A DNA stretch of 64,000 bases. Source: Eledone cirrhosa (Eukaryota). The number at the start of each line of letters is the position of its first letter. Within the stretch, counting starts at the first letter, position 1. The notes below the pieces were generated by a model, which did no database searches, had not been told where the DNA came from, and worked only from the letters and a program-made list of their open reading frames with translations. Location: NCBI GenBank assembly GCA_964016885.1, contig OZ024743.1, forward strand, positions 177,010,001-177,074,000, given 5' to 3'. Made by a program: the position numbers and the translations under genes. Of the stretch, positions 26,712 through 40,565 are shown one piece after another.

Positions 26712-28972
26712 CACACATACACATACACACACATATACACATGCATATATACACATATACACATACATACACACACACATATATACTCACACAATCTTAC
26801 ATTCATATTTGTATGCGCATATATGTATTTTTATATTCAGATATAAATACCCAAACATATATACACCTACCTACATATATATTCATACATACACGCTTAC
26901 AAACACAGATGATAATAGTATGGGGGAAAGGGGGGGGTTGGAGAAGGGGATTATAGTAAATATATGTTTCAAGAAGCATAGAATATTATCCGTATCTGGA
27001 TCCAATGTATGTTTTTACATAGTTTCAGTGTTAGGAAATACAATAAACAAGAAATAAGGCAAAATTTATGCATTTCAAAATAAATAAGTATACCATTAAT
27101 TATATGTTAACTAAACTAAAGATAGTTAACATATTGATTTCTAAGGTGTAAATTAGTTAGGTTTATAATATTTGAAGCAGAATTTTGAAGTTAAATAGTA
27201 GTAGAGTATTAATTATAGTATAACTAAATTAAAGTTAATAACGTTATGGTATCAATATTAGGAAATGAATTTAGTAATAGGGAAAAAACAAATAAAGTAT
27301 TACATCGGTAGTAGAATATAAATTATAGGTTAACTAAATTAAAAATTATATATTTATTTCTATAGTATATGTTAATTAGGTATATAATAAATAAAACAGA
27401 TATTGTATTTTATCAATAGCAGAATATAATTATATGCAAATAGAAATCAAAATTAATACATATACATATACATATACATACACATACATATATACATATA
27501 TATACACATATATATATACATATATACACATATACACACACACACACATACACATACACATATACATATACATATTTTTTTCAAAAAATTGCATAGAATA
27601 TATTAACTAGGTATATATCCAAAACACATCCCATTCTATGATTACATGACATTCTGCAATTCGTCTGTATAAGGATACTAATTTTAAGCAAATTAAATTA
27701 AATTTTTAGGTTGATTAAAATTAAAACCAAATTATAAATATATTTCTAAAATGTATATTAATTAGGTCTATAATACTAAAAATTATTTCTCTGTCATTGG
27801 ATACACGATATTATTTTGTTATATTTTATCTGTAAAAGAATTATAATAAAAGGTTTAAATAAATTAAAATTAATCTATAAATTAAATTACTAAGTATATA
27901 TTAGTAATATTTAAAGGTTTTTCACAATTTATGATTACATAATATTTTATATTCTCATCTGTAATAAAATTTTAATTAAATTAAATTTATAGGTTAACCA
28001 ACATTTAAATTAAATTAATTTCTAAAATAATCTTATTAATTAGGTTTATAATATTTAAATGTTTTTTTTAGTTTATGATTACACGATATAATTAATTCCT
28101 GTCGTTTATTTAATAAGATATCCTTAGATTTCATTATTTCAAATAGTTCTTGGGAACATAATCTACATTCATTTCTATTATTTTGATAAGGGGTGGCTCT
28201 TTTGAGCACACTCCAGGTCAAATCATATTCTATATTCTTATTTTTATAACTATTGATTTTTTCTGCTAGAGATGTTGTATTAGCCAGTGCGGCATTTTTA
28301 AAACTATGCTTGTGGGTATTAAACCTTGTCTTAAAATTGTTAGAGGTAGCTCCTATATATGAGCAAATAGAATCTTTAGTTTTAACATTACATTTATAGA
28401 CTATGTTGTTAACAAGACAATTCCCTTTTAATGGGCAGTTTGCTTTGTTTCTACAGTTACATCCTTTCGTTAATTCTGTATTTGAGGAGATATTATGGTT
28501 AATTTGATGTACTGGTGGTATACTTATGGTTTTCTTACATTTATATGCATTATAGGCACTTATATTTTGTTTTATGTTATTTGTTGTAGAGTATGAGAAT
28601 TTAACTGTAGACCTATTTAAGATTTGATGGTATTTGTGGTTTGGCGGGAAGTTTTTCTCTAGGATATAAAAAATTTTTTTAGCAATATTATCCTTAATTT
28701 GTAAATTAAATGGAGCATTATACCAAGTAACCCGTCTATTACGGTTTCTATGTTGTTTATTATTTTTATTATTTTTATAGGTTGTATCGTGATTTTTACT
28801 AGGAGGATTAATGTTAATGATCTCACCACAACCATTTTTAGTTATATTTGTAGATTTAGGTGTTTTATCTTTTTTATTAGGAGTTTTATTATTAATATTT
28901 ATTAGAGTTGTATGATGAGTAGTTTTTTGAGAGTTACTATACTTTATATTAGAAGATTTGGTATTTTGGGGT
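23971..28972 (-). mobile_element. Left arm of the Penelope-like palindrome: 5'-truncated Neptune-type PLE (open linker/GIY-YIG frame 28972-28036, ~4-kb 3' region, hammerhead)
   Basis: Reverse complement of 29351-34368 at about 99% identity outside microsatellite-length differences. The GIY-YIG frame ends ...ECRLCSQELFEI...LLNKRQELIISCNHK. Confidence 0.93.
24033..24186 (-). ncRNA. Type I hammerhead ribozyme (mirror copy of 34153-34306)
   Basis: Reverse complement reads TTCATTATTT-CTGAAGA...GAAA-C-GATC-G-TT-AAATAATGAA. Confidence 0.85.
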
Positions 28973-31613
28973 TTATAATCTTAATATTACTTTTGAAAAA
29001 ACAAGTAAAGTAGTAAATTTCCTAGATATAACTTTAGATTTAGCTACGGGTATCTACCAACCTTACCATAAACCTAACCAAAACTTACATTACATACACT
29101 CACAATCTAATCACCCTAAATCTATCCTTAAAAACCTTGCATATAATATATCACTTAGAATTTCTAACCTTTCTTCTAACCAAGATGTATTTGATAAAAA
29201 TGCGACCTTCTATAACGAAGCTCTAGATAGAAGTGGCCACAAAAATAGATTAGAATATATACCTTCTACTAAAAATACTGAAAGCATACAACCTAATATT
29301 ACCAACAAACACCAAATGAAAAGTACACACCTAAATGCCACCCACACTATACCCCAAAATACCAAATCTTCTAATATAAAGTATAGTAACTCTCAAAAAA
29401 CTACTCATCATACAACTCTAATAAATATTAATAATAAAACTCCTAATAAAAAGGATAAAACACCTAAATCTACAAATATAACTAAAAATGGTTGTGGTGA
29501 GATCATTAACATTAATCCTCCTAGTAAAAATCACGATACAACCTATAAAAATAATAAAAATAATAAACAACATAGAAACCGTAATAGACGGGTTACTTGG
29601 TATAATGCTCCATTTAATTTACAAATTAAGGATAATATTGCTAAAAAAATTTTTTATATCCTAGAGAAAAACTTCCCGCCAAACCACAAATACCATCAAA
29701 TCTTAAATAGGTCTACAGTTAAATTCTCATACTCTACAACAAATAACATAAAACAAAATATAAGTGCCTATAATGCATATAAATGTAAGAAAACCATAAG
29801 TATACCACCAGTACATCAAATTAACCATAATATCTCCTCAAATACAGAATTAACGAAAGGATGTAACTGTAGAAACAAAGCAAACTGCCCATTAAAAGGG
29901 AATTGTCTTGTTAACAACATAGTCTATAAATGTAATGTTAAAACTAAAGATTCTATTTGCTCATATATAGGAGCTACCTCTAACAATTTTAAGACAAGGT
30001 TTAATACCCACAAGCATAGTTTTTAAAATGCCGCACTGGTTAATACAACATCTCTAGCAGAAAAAATCAATAGTTATAAAAATAAGAATATAGAATATGA
30101 TTTGACCTGGAGTGTGCTCAAAAGAGCCACCCCTTATCAAAATAATAGAAATGAATGTAGATTATGTTCCCAAGAACTATTTGAAATAATGAAATCTAAG
30201 GATATCTTATTAAATAAACGACAGGAATTAATTATATCGTGTAATCATAAACTAAAAAAAAACATTTAAATATTATAAACTTAATTAATAAGATTATTTT
30301 AGAAATTAATTTAATTTAAATGTTGGTTAACCTATAAATTTAATTTAATTAAAATTTTATTACAGATGAGAATATAAAATATTATGTATTCATAAATTGT
30401 GAAAAACCTTTAAATATTACTAATATATACTTAGTAATTTAATTTATAGATTAATTTTAATTTATTTAAACCTTTTATTATAATTCTTTTACAGATAAAA
30501 TATAACAAAATAATATCGTGTATCCAATGACAGAGAAATAATTTTTAGTATTATAGACCTAATTAATATACATTTTAGAAATATATTTATAATTTGGTTT
30601 TAATTTTAATCAACCTAAAAATTTAATTTAATTTGCTTAAAATTAGTATCCTTATACAGACGAATTGCAGAATGTCATGTAATCATAGAATGGGATGTGT
30701 TTTGGATATATACCTAGTTAATATATTCTATGCAATTTTTTGAAAAAAATATGTATATGTATATGTGTATGTGTATGTGTGTGTGTGTGTATATGTGTAT
30801 ATATGTATATATATATGTGTATATATATGTATATATGTATGTGTATGTATATGTATATGTATATGTATTAATTTTGATTTCTATTTGCATATAATTATAT
30901 TCTGCTATTGATAAAATACAATATCTGTTTTATTTATTATATACCTAATTAACATATACTATAGAAATAAATATATAATTTTTAATTTAGTTAACCTATA
31001 ATTTATATTCTACTACCGATGTAATACTTTATTTGTTTTTTCCCTATTACTAAATTCATTTCCTAATATTGATACCATAACGTTATTAACTTTAATTTAG
31101 TTATACTATAATTAATACTCTACTACTATTTAACTTCAAAATTCTGCTTCAAATATTATAAACCTAACTAATTTACACCTTAGAAATCAATATGTTAACT
31201 ATCTTTAGTTTAGTTAACATATAATTAATGGTATACTTATTTATTTTGAAATGCATAAATTTTGCCTTATTTCTTGTTTATTGTATTTCCTAACACTGAA
31301 ACTATGTAAAAACATACATTGGATCCAGATACGGATAATATTCTATGCTTCTTGAAACATATATTTACTATAATCCCCTTCTCCACCCCCCCCCCTTTCC
31401 CCCATACTATTATCATCTGTGTTTGTAAGCGTGTATGTATGAATATATATGTAGGTAGGTGTATATATGTTTGGGTATTTATATCTGAATATAAAAATAC
31501 ATATATGCGCATACAAATATGAATGTAAGATTGTGTGAGTATATATGTGTGTGTGTATGTATGTGTATATGTGTATATATGCATGTGTATATGTGTGTGT
31601 ATGTGTATGTGTG

Positions 31614-31698
<85 letters not shown>

Positions 31699-31902
31699 GT
31701 GTGTGTATGTATGTATGTATATGTGTGTGTGTATATATATGTATGTCTCTCTATTTATATGTCTATCTTCGTATCTATGTGGATATATGTGTGTGTGTGC
31801 ATGTATACACATATATGTGTTTATGTGTATATGTGTGTATGTGTATATATGTGTGTGTGCACACACATATATATGTGAGTGTGTATATGTGTCTGTGTAT
31901 AT

Positions 31903-31937
<35 letters not shown>

Positions 31938-31968
31938 GGTGTCTATGTGTGTATATATGTCTATATTC

Positions 31969-32045
<77 letters not shown>

Positions 32046-32267
32046 ATTTATTATTATAATATAACTTATGTGTATGTGTGTATATGTGAGGGAGTGTATA
32101 TGTATATAATATGTGTATATATATGTGTAAAAAAATATATATGTGCATGTCTGTTTTTTATGTGTGTGTATATATATATATATGTGTGTATATATATGTA
32201 TATGTGGGTGTTTGTATGTGTATTTATGGTGGTATGTGTGTGTGGGTATGTATATATATATATAAGT

Positions 32268-32311
<44 letters not shown>

Positions 32312-32644
32312 ATATATATCTCTATTAATGCGTGTATATATGTATATGCATATGCCTTTTTATTTTTATTTGTATGTCTGAGTTGGGTGAGGTTGTAGTG
32401 GTGTTTCTATGTATATACGCATATATGGATGCGTATGTATTTGTATATATGAGTATATGTAAGTGCATATGTATGTATGATTATATATCTAATTCTATGT
32501 ATGAATATATATGTGTGTATGTAAGTTGTGTGTGTATGTATGTATATGTCTATGTGTGTATATATATATGTATGTATGTGTGTGTATGTATCTATGTATG
32601 TGTATGTATGTACATATATGTCTATGTATGTGTGTATGTATATG

Positions 32645-32693
<49 letters not shown>

Positions 32694-32944
32694 TTATTAT
32701 TTATTTTTTATATATATGTGTGTGTGTGTATGTGTGTGTGTGTGTGTGTGTATATATATCTTTATATATGTGTATGTGTATGTTCGTGTAGGTGTATGTG
32801 TGTGTATGACTTTATATGTATGTGTGTATGTGTGTATGCGTATATATTTCTATGTGTGTGTACATGTATGTATGTGTATGTATGTGTATGTGTGTGTATG
32901 TGTATATGTATATATATATATATATGTATATATATATGTATATA

Positions 32945-32975
<31 letters not shown>

Positions 32976-33270
32976 CTATATGTTTTTCTATTTGTATATG
33001 TATGTGTGTATAGGTATATACCTTTTTCTTTGTATGTCTGAGTTGTGTGATAGTGTAGTGGTGTTTGTATGTATATACCGATATATAGATGCGTAAGTAT
33101 TTGTCTGTATGTATGTATGTATGTCTGTATGTATTTGTGTGTATATATAGCTATGTATGTGTATATCTGTATGTATATAAGTATGTAAGTGTATGTATAT
33201 GTGCGTGTATGTGTGTATATATATGTGTCTATATAGTATGTGTGATTATATGTGTATGTATGTGTGTATG

Positions 33271-33323
<53 letters not shown>

Positions 33324-33469
33324 ATTTATATGTATGTGTGTATATGTATGTATGTGTGTATATGTATATGTTTATATATGTGTGTGTATGTATGTTCTTA
33401 GTGTGGATGTGTGTATATGTATGTATGTGTTTGTATATGTGTATATATATGTATGTGTGTGTGTGTGTG

Positions 33470-33523
<54 letters not shown>

Positions 33524-34500
33524 CTTGATATATTTCTTTTTTCTCTTTTCTTTTTCTATTCTTTCCTCTTTAATGTTTATTTATTATTTATTATTTTTTA
33601 TTTTCTTAGTTTATAGATACATCTATATTAAGCAGTCTGCCCAGACCGTTGAATACTGACCTCTCCCCCCCCCCTCCCACCTAATTTCTGTATCTTGATC
33701 TAAATGTGTGTGCCAGTGTTTATGTGAGTGAATTAATATCCATGTGCTTATGATTTTATATCCACATATATATATGTGAGTGGGGGTGTGTGTGTGTTTG
33801 TATGTTCGTGGTTATGTGTATATTTATGCATATACGCGCGTGTATGTGTGATTGTACGGATATGTGTGAGTATGAAAATATATCTATACACTTATTTCAT
33901 ATTTGTGTGTCTATACGCATCTTATCTGTGCATTATAAACTTACAGAGACATTAACCTTGAAATTTTGTATTTGCATCCATCCTTTTAGTATGCGTATAC
34001 AAGTTATGCATACATTTTTGTAAAATATGTGTAAGGGTTTTACATGTATATACACACACCGAACTGCATTAAACCTTTTGTATTTTCATTGGTCAATTTT
34101 GTTCCCAAACGGACCTGAAATTTTGAATTGTTGTTATTATCAATAAATATACTTCATTATTTCTGAAGACGGCGTATATATGTGTTGGTATGTATATTTA
34201 ATCTTGATAGTTTGTATAATTTTGTATAATTTTGTACATAGATCTGTTGAATATGCATGCCAATTCTAACACATATATATCCTAGAAACGATCGTTAAAT
34301 AATGAACTTTTTTTGTTTAATATAAGGAACTGTCTCATTGTTTATTCATTATTTGTTTAATATTTTATCTTGACTCTGTATACCGTTTATCTTTCACCGA
34401 AAGTGATTTTTCATTACATCTCTTCTTTCCATGATATCCGGAATACATTGAGTTCTTCATACGGATTGGACACTACCGTAAACTCTTGGTAGATTTATCT
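28973..34500 (+). mobile_element. Right arm plus spacer: 5'-truncated Neptune-type PLE (RT thumb, Zn-linker, GIY-YIG; nonsense codon at 30024-30026), long 3' region and pLTR
   Basis: Spacer translates VVNFLDITLDLATGIYQPYHKPNQNLHYIHSQSNHPKSILKNL, continuing into RVTWYNAPF, CNCRNKANCPLKGNC and IVYKC...SYIGATSNNFKTRFNTHK. Confidence 0.93.
34153..34306 (+). ncRNA. Type I hammerhead ribozyme with a 115-nt extended stem II; predicted cleavage after GUU at 34296
   Basis: Perfect 10-bp stem I TTCATTATTT/AAATAATGAA; core CTGAAGA; stem II TATATATGTGTTGG/CTAACACATATATA; GAAA; stem III AC-GATC-GT. Confidence 0.88.
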
Positions 34501-35085
34501 ACATATATATATATATATATATATATATACTACCTCTCCTCCTCCTTCAAGTTTGACCTGTGTGTAATTCTTTTCTCGCGCGGTCTTGACCAAGCTGGTA
34601 TGGAATTTTTTTCTCTCTCTTTCGTCTGCGACTTCACAAAACTTACGTTTACCGAATTCGTAGACCAGACCCCTTTATCTTCTTCTTCTTCTTCTTCTTC
34701 TTCTTCTTCTTCCTCCTCTTCTCTCCTTTCTATCTCTCCCCCCCCCCCCATCAAACTTGGGTGAAATTCTTTCCTTGCTCACATTTCAACCAGGTTTGAT
34801 GGTCTTTTGTCTCTTGTTCACGATTTCACCGAGTTTATATTCATAGAGATCTGGGACTTGTCTATTTCTTCTCACTTTCCGTTGCTTAAACTTTTTTGTT
34901 GTTACCCTGGCGTCCCCTTTGTTTACGTGTCCCAACGACTTTTTTTAGCCGTTGTTCGCACCAACCTGAGGCATATGGCCCTTAAAGCGATGAAATGCCT
35001 AGGACGGTTGGAGGGTCACTGATGAAGGACTCACTTTTTCATATGTATCCCATTTGCAACGCCGCAGCTCCATTATTATCATATT

Positions 35086-35128
<43 letters not shown>

Positions 35129-36089
35129 TATATATATATATATACTATATATATATATATATATATACTATATATATCATCACCGATTAATGTCTATTTT
35201 CTGTGTATCTTCATTTAACGTCTATTTTTTTCAGCATGCATGGGTTAGACATGTTGTCATGTTATGAGACAAGTCAGGCCTGAAGACCACATGATGTTCA
35301 TATGGATCTGTAGTTTGGCTTGGTTTCTACAGCTTCGTGGATGCCCTTTATATATATATATATATATATACATACCCACACACACACACATATATATATG
35401 AGAATTGACGTGCAGACTGTTCAAAATATGTTTATTAATGTTTTCTTTGACAATTATACCAACTTAACTCACATGTGAAGGTGAAAAACTTGGCAGGAAG
35501 AGGATAATTGAATAAATCAACTCCTATACTTGACTGGTACTAATATATTATACAGAATTATGACAGCAATACCTATATTGCAATATAATACTAAGACTAA
35601 TACAATACAATGTTAACCACACAAACATGTACATGTCATAAACACATGACATGCTATGTAAGTCAAATTTTGAATTTCAAAAAGTCATTACAATGCTGAC
35701 AGAAATAAATGAGTGCATAACATTTCATGAAATACACAGGTCTACAATACACAAGACAGTGAAAATTAACCAACAACACCCCACATAAAGTACACAGGTA
35801 TACAATACACAAGGCAGTAAAAATAAGTCAACAACACTCCACATCCTAATGATGGGACTGTGAAAGTCTATAAACGTCAATAAAATTATGCATTTAAGAA
35901 CTGTATTGTTCCAAAGGAGCTGCAAAGGACTTAAGCATCATCATCATTCAACATCTGCTTTCACAGCTAACAAGAGTTAGACAAGCCGTCAACAGACTGG
36001 GTTAGTACTCAAGCAGAGCTACTAACCACTCAGATGGGCTGGGACCCTGCATCTTGCTTTCAGTTTCTTTCTGATGAATTGTTCCATGA

Positions 36090-37095
36090 CCTTACTGATA
36101 TGTAGTTTTTGGCCCCCGCTCTGCTTCCTCCTTTATGGATAGGACATATTGTGCCTTCTTTTAGCTCTCTGGGTAGTTTATTGCTAGCCAAAGAACTTCT
36201 GAAGAGGATCTTCAGTGGTCTTGGTAAGGCATGCTTACATGTTTTTAGGAGGACTGCTGGGAATCGATCAGGTCCAGCAGCTGAGTTTGTTCTCATTTCT
36301 TTTATGGTGGATATCATATCTTCCTCCGTTATGTCTATGTGGTTGATGGTCGCCAATTCTTCGCAGACTATTGTGGCATTAAAGAAATCCTCTGGCTTTA
36401 TCTGCATGCACCTCAATAGGGTTGTGAACACACTTTTGTATTGTTCATTCAGTATTTCACTTATCCCTTGGGGATCCTTGGTTAATGAACCATTTTTATG
36501 GAAGAGTGGCCCAATCTTGCAGTGTACCGAGGCAGTTTCTTTTGCAAATTTAAAGAAGGCTTTAGTATTTGTTTTAATATTTTATATGGTCCTGGCTTCT
36601 CTCTCTGCCCTTTCCTTCTCATGGGAAAGTTTGAGTGCAGTTTCAATTTCAAGTATTGCCTGTTTCAGATAGAGTTCCTTCTTGTTTTTCTGTTGTGCAT
36701 ATAACTGGTTTGAGAGCTTAGTTCTACATCTAATAAGAATTTTCCTGTCTCTGGGAATAATATTTTTGTGTCTGTTGGCCTTTTTCTCCGAGACAAACTT
36801 ATGGCATATAGTTTGTATTGTTGTCATTAAATTTTGAAAATATGTGTTGGTGTCTTGTGTGGTGGTGATGTTGCTCCAGTTTTGCTTCCAGATCTCTTTC
36901 GTTTTCCAATTAGCGTTGTGAAAGTTTAGACTGGATAAATTCCCAGTGCTTCTTAATGGCTGCATCTCTGCTGACTCTCTCAGACCATATATCTACTAAG
37001 TTATGACCCAAGAAAATTGTTGGTGTCATCTTTACATTGTGGGTGTGCACTGTGTTATTTGTAAAGCAGAGATCCAGAGCATTATCACCTCTTGT
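36090..37095 (-). mobile_element. Decayed CR1/L2-group LINE fragment (APE C-terminus to RT N-terminus)
   Basis: TRGDNALDLCFTNN and SAAGPDRFPAVLLKTC...ICPIHKGGSRAGAKNY, split by frameshifts and stops. Confidence 0.82.
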
Positions 37096-37098
37096 TGT

Positions 37099-37134
<36 letters not shown>

Positions 37135-37526
37135 TCATCATCATCAACGTTTAACGTCCGTGTTCCACGCTTGCATGGGTTTGGACGGGGGTAGTCCCAC
37201 TTGAGGCAAGAGTGATTGTCTTGCTCGCATAGGACTGTCTGGCAGGTTTTCTACAGTTGGATGCCCTTCCTAACACCAACCACATATACAGTGTGGGTCT
37301 GGGAGGTTTTTACCGTGTTGCCTACACGGCCACATTACAGCGTGGACTGTGTGTTTTTTTGTCGTGACACCTACACGATCTCATTTGTTTCGGCCTGGAT
37401 GGCGCGGCACCAACATAACTTTACATAGAACGGGGTGGTGTGGATGGGGTGGGGGTGGTGGTGGTGGTGGGACGGGGTGTATTTTGTTAGAGATGCCTAC
37501 TGGCTGGAGTAGGTTTTACTATATAT

Positions 37527-40500
37527 TTAGGTAAGGCGGGTCTTCTCTGTTACTGAGTACCGCCAAAGGTCTCGGTCCAGTGACATTGTCTTGGAGAGGT
37601 GTAAGTGTGTGATGTCGGAGTTTATCAGCTCGTCCCAGGTTTTTCTAGGTCTGCCTATTCCGTGACTACCGTCTATCTTTATTGCCCTGCACTTTGTTAT
37701 ACAGCTATCGACTTTCATGCGCATCACGTGTCCATACCAACGTAGCCTTCTCTCGAGTAAACAACATCTGATCCCTCTTATCTCTAATTTTTTCCTTAGT
37801 TCGTTTATGCTTTGCCGTTCACGTATATTACTGTTACACATCCAGCGGAGCATGCAAGCTTCGTTCCTCTCTAGTCTGCGTATATCCTCTGCACACAATG
37901 CCCAGGTCTCACTGCCATGCAGCATTGCTGTTCGTATGCAGGCATCGTACAACCTGCCTTTCATTTTTAGTGAGAACCCTTTAGCAGCTAATAGTGGTAT
38001 AAGCTCTCTGAACTTTTTCCAACCAGTTCTGACTCTAGCTACAGTACTTTCAGAGCACCCTCCCCCACTGCTGATTTTATCGCCCAGGTAACGGAAGCTG
38101 TCCACTATTTCTATAGAACCCTCTGCGCAATTGAAAGAGCTAGTATTTTGTGGGCACTTGCTGCTACTTATTGCACCAGAGCACCGGCCACATGTAAAAT
38201 CTATGTTCTTAGTTAGCTTACCTGTGATCCCACTACATCTTTTATGCACCCATACTTTGCATTTAGGACATAAAATGGAGTTTCTACCTACGCCTTTCCT
38301 ACACACCGAGCACGACCATTTCCCAGAAGGGACCGCCGCCTTGTTTTCTTTCCTACAAACTAGTACTTTGGTCTTAGCCAGGTTAATTTTAAGTCCTTTT
38401 GACTCTAGGCCGTGCTTCCATGTTTGGAATTTCTTCTCTAGCTCGGCCATTGATTCCGCTATGAGTGTCAGGTCGTCTGCGTATAGGAGTTCCCATGGGC
38501 AGCCTGTCTTGAACTCCTCTGTTATAGCCTGAAGGGTAATAATAAATAGTAGTGGGCTGAGAACAGAGCCCTGATGGACGCCAACTTTTACGCTAAACTC
38601 TTCACTATATTCGTTGTTAATTCTAACCTTGCTGACTGTTTCTTTATACATGGCTTGTATAGCCCTCACAAGCCATTCGTCAACGCCTAGTTTTCTAAGA
38701 GCCCACCAGATAATGGAGCGGGGGACTCTGTCGAAGGCTTTCTCCAAGTCGACAAAAGCTAAGTAGAGGGGTTTACCTTTAGCTAGGTACTTCTCCTGTA
38801 GTTGTCGTACTATGAAAAGAGCGTCTGTGGTACTTTTGCCTGACACAAACCCGAACTGTATTTCATCTAGGTCAATTCTCTCTCTGATTAGTTGCGCTAT
38901 TACTTTTTCCGTGACCTTCATGACCTGGTCGATTAATTTAATGCCTCTATAGTTACTCCTATCTAGGGCGTCTCCTTTACCCTTATAACAGTTAACGATG
39001 ATGCTGCTATGCCAGTCCTTCGGAACAACCCCATTCTGTACGACTTGGTTAACTATGCGGGTGACCATGGTGTGTCCCACCGTGCCAGATGCCTTCAGCA
39101 TCTCAGCAACTATTTCCGAAGGCCCAGCCGCCTTACCCGTCTTCATATCCTTGATTGCCTTACTTATTATACTCCCCTCGACTAACACTGCTGGTCCCTC
39201 TATTGGGTCGATATGGGGGAGACTGTCTTTCTCCCATTTATTCTCCTCATTTAGTAGCCTTTCATAGTGACACTTCCAAGCTACCTTCTTATCAGCGTCG
39301 GTGATGGCAAGTGTGCCATCGTCGTTTAGTACACACTTCTCCCCGACAATATCACGGTTTTCCTTGACGCATTGCCTAGCAATCCTGAACACCTCACGTT
39401 TTTGGTCATCGCGTTGTAGAACATGCTTGAACTTTCTTTCCTCAGCTTCCCTTCTTGCTAAGTACACTTGTCTCCTAGCTTCCCTCCTGGCCACTTGATA
39501 GTCTTCTCTACTTCCCCCATCCCGTCATACTTTCCAAGCCTGCTTTTTGGCCTTAATTGACCCCTCCACCTTACTGTTCCACCACCATGTTACTCTCCTC
39601 CTGCCTACAGGCCTGCTCCAGCCACAGACTTCGTCTGTCGCCAACAGCAGGTTTGCTTTCAGAAATTCCCACTCTCCCTCTATATTGTCCGACTCTAAAT
39701 GTTCTTCCTTACTGTCGAAAGCATCAAGTAATATGCTTTGAAATTTATTCCTGGCTGTGGGGTCCTTTAGCTTCCATATTTTTCTTCTGAGGATAGTCCT
39801 CTTCTGCTGTCGAGTACGTCTCGTCCTGACTATGAGGTCGCTAATTATCAGTCTATGTTGGGAGGTGCATTCTTCATGGGGGAGGGATTTAGTGTTTACA
39901 ACAGACACTCTGTCACGTCTTCTGGTAAGGATATAATCTACCTGGCTTGTGTGTTCCCCGGATCTATAGGTGATCAGGTGATTGTCACGTTTTTTGAAGT
40001 TAGTGTTACAGATAGTTAGGTTATTTGCATCACAGAATTCCAGGATTCTGGAGCCTTCCTCATTTCTAGTACCAAACCCATAGCCTCCATGGATTTCGTC
40101 GTAGCCGTCACAATGTTGTCCAACGTGACCATTTAGGTCGCCTGCGATAATTATATAGTCACTGTCGGATATTTGGGAGGTAGTTAGCATCAGTGTCTCA
40201 TAGAATCTGTCTTTTATAGTGCCGGGCAGTCCGGATTGGGGTGCGTACGCAGATATTATTGTCACCGTAGTTCTATTGAGGACAAGTCGTATTTTAATTA
40301 TTCTGTCGTTCACTCTATTTACGTCTATTATCTTATCTGCCCACTTTTCTGCTACCATGATTCCTACTCCACCCAGCCCATCGTCGTTTCCCACCCAGAA
40401 AAGCTTATAACATCGTTTTTTACCCTCAATGAACCTAGCAGACCCACCCCTCCACCTGGTCTCTTGAATACAACAAACATCGACCTCCTTACGTTCAAGC

Positions 40501-40565
40501 ATTTCTACAACCTCGTTAGCGCGACCCTTTAGGGTGCCTACATTTATGGTACCAACTCTGAAGTT
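37527..40565 (-). pseudogene. RTE ORF2 (AP endonuclease, reverse transcriptase with embedded PHD finger) interrupted by one in-frame TGA at 39525-39527
   Basis: FRVGTINVGTL...CCIQETRW...AYAPQ...GDLNGHVG...VDYIL...SQHRLI (APE); AWKV*RDGGSREDYQVARRE; NYRGIKL...FVDLEKAFDRV...GVHQGSVLSPLLF...LLYADD...FRYLG (RT). Track ORFs 39525..40502 and 37527..39494 share a frame, 30 nt apart. Confidence 0.95.

Noticed and set aside
24316-27057. Many long ORFs rich in Y/I/V/C/M or H/T (also 20278-21439, 31267-34023, 41659-42256, 59776-60862)
   Set aside because: Translations of (TA)n, (TG)n and (GA)n microsatellites that lack stops by composition.
37717-40532. Plus-strand ORFs overlapping the RTE (and antisense ORFs at 9589, 10012, 11207, 11573, 61703, 62144)
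   Set aside because: Antisense shadows of the RTE ORF.
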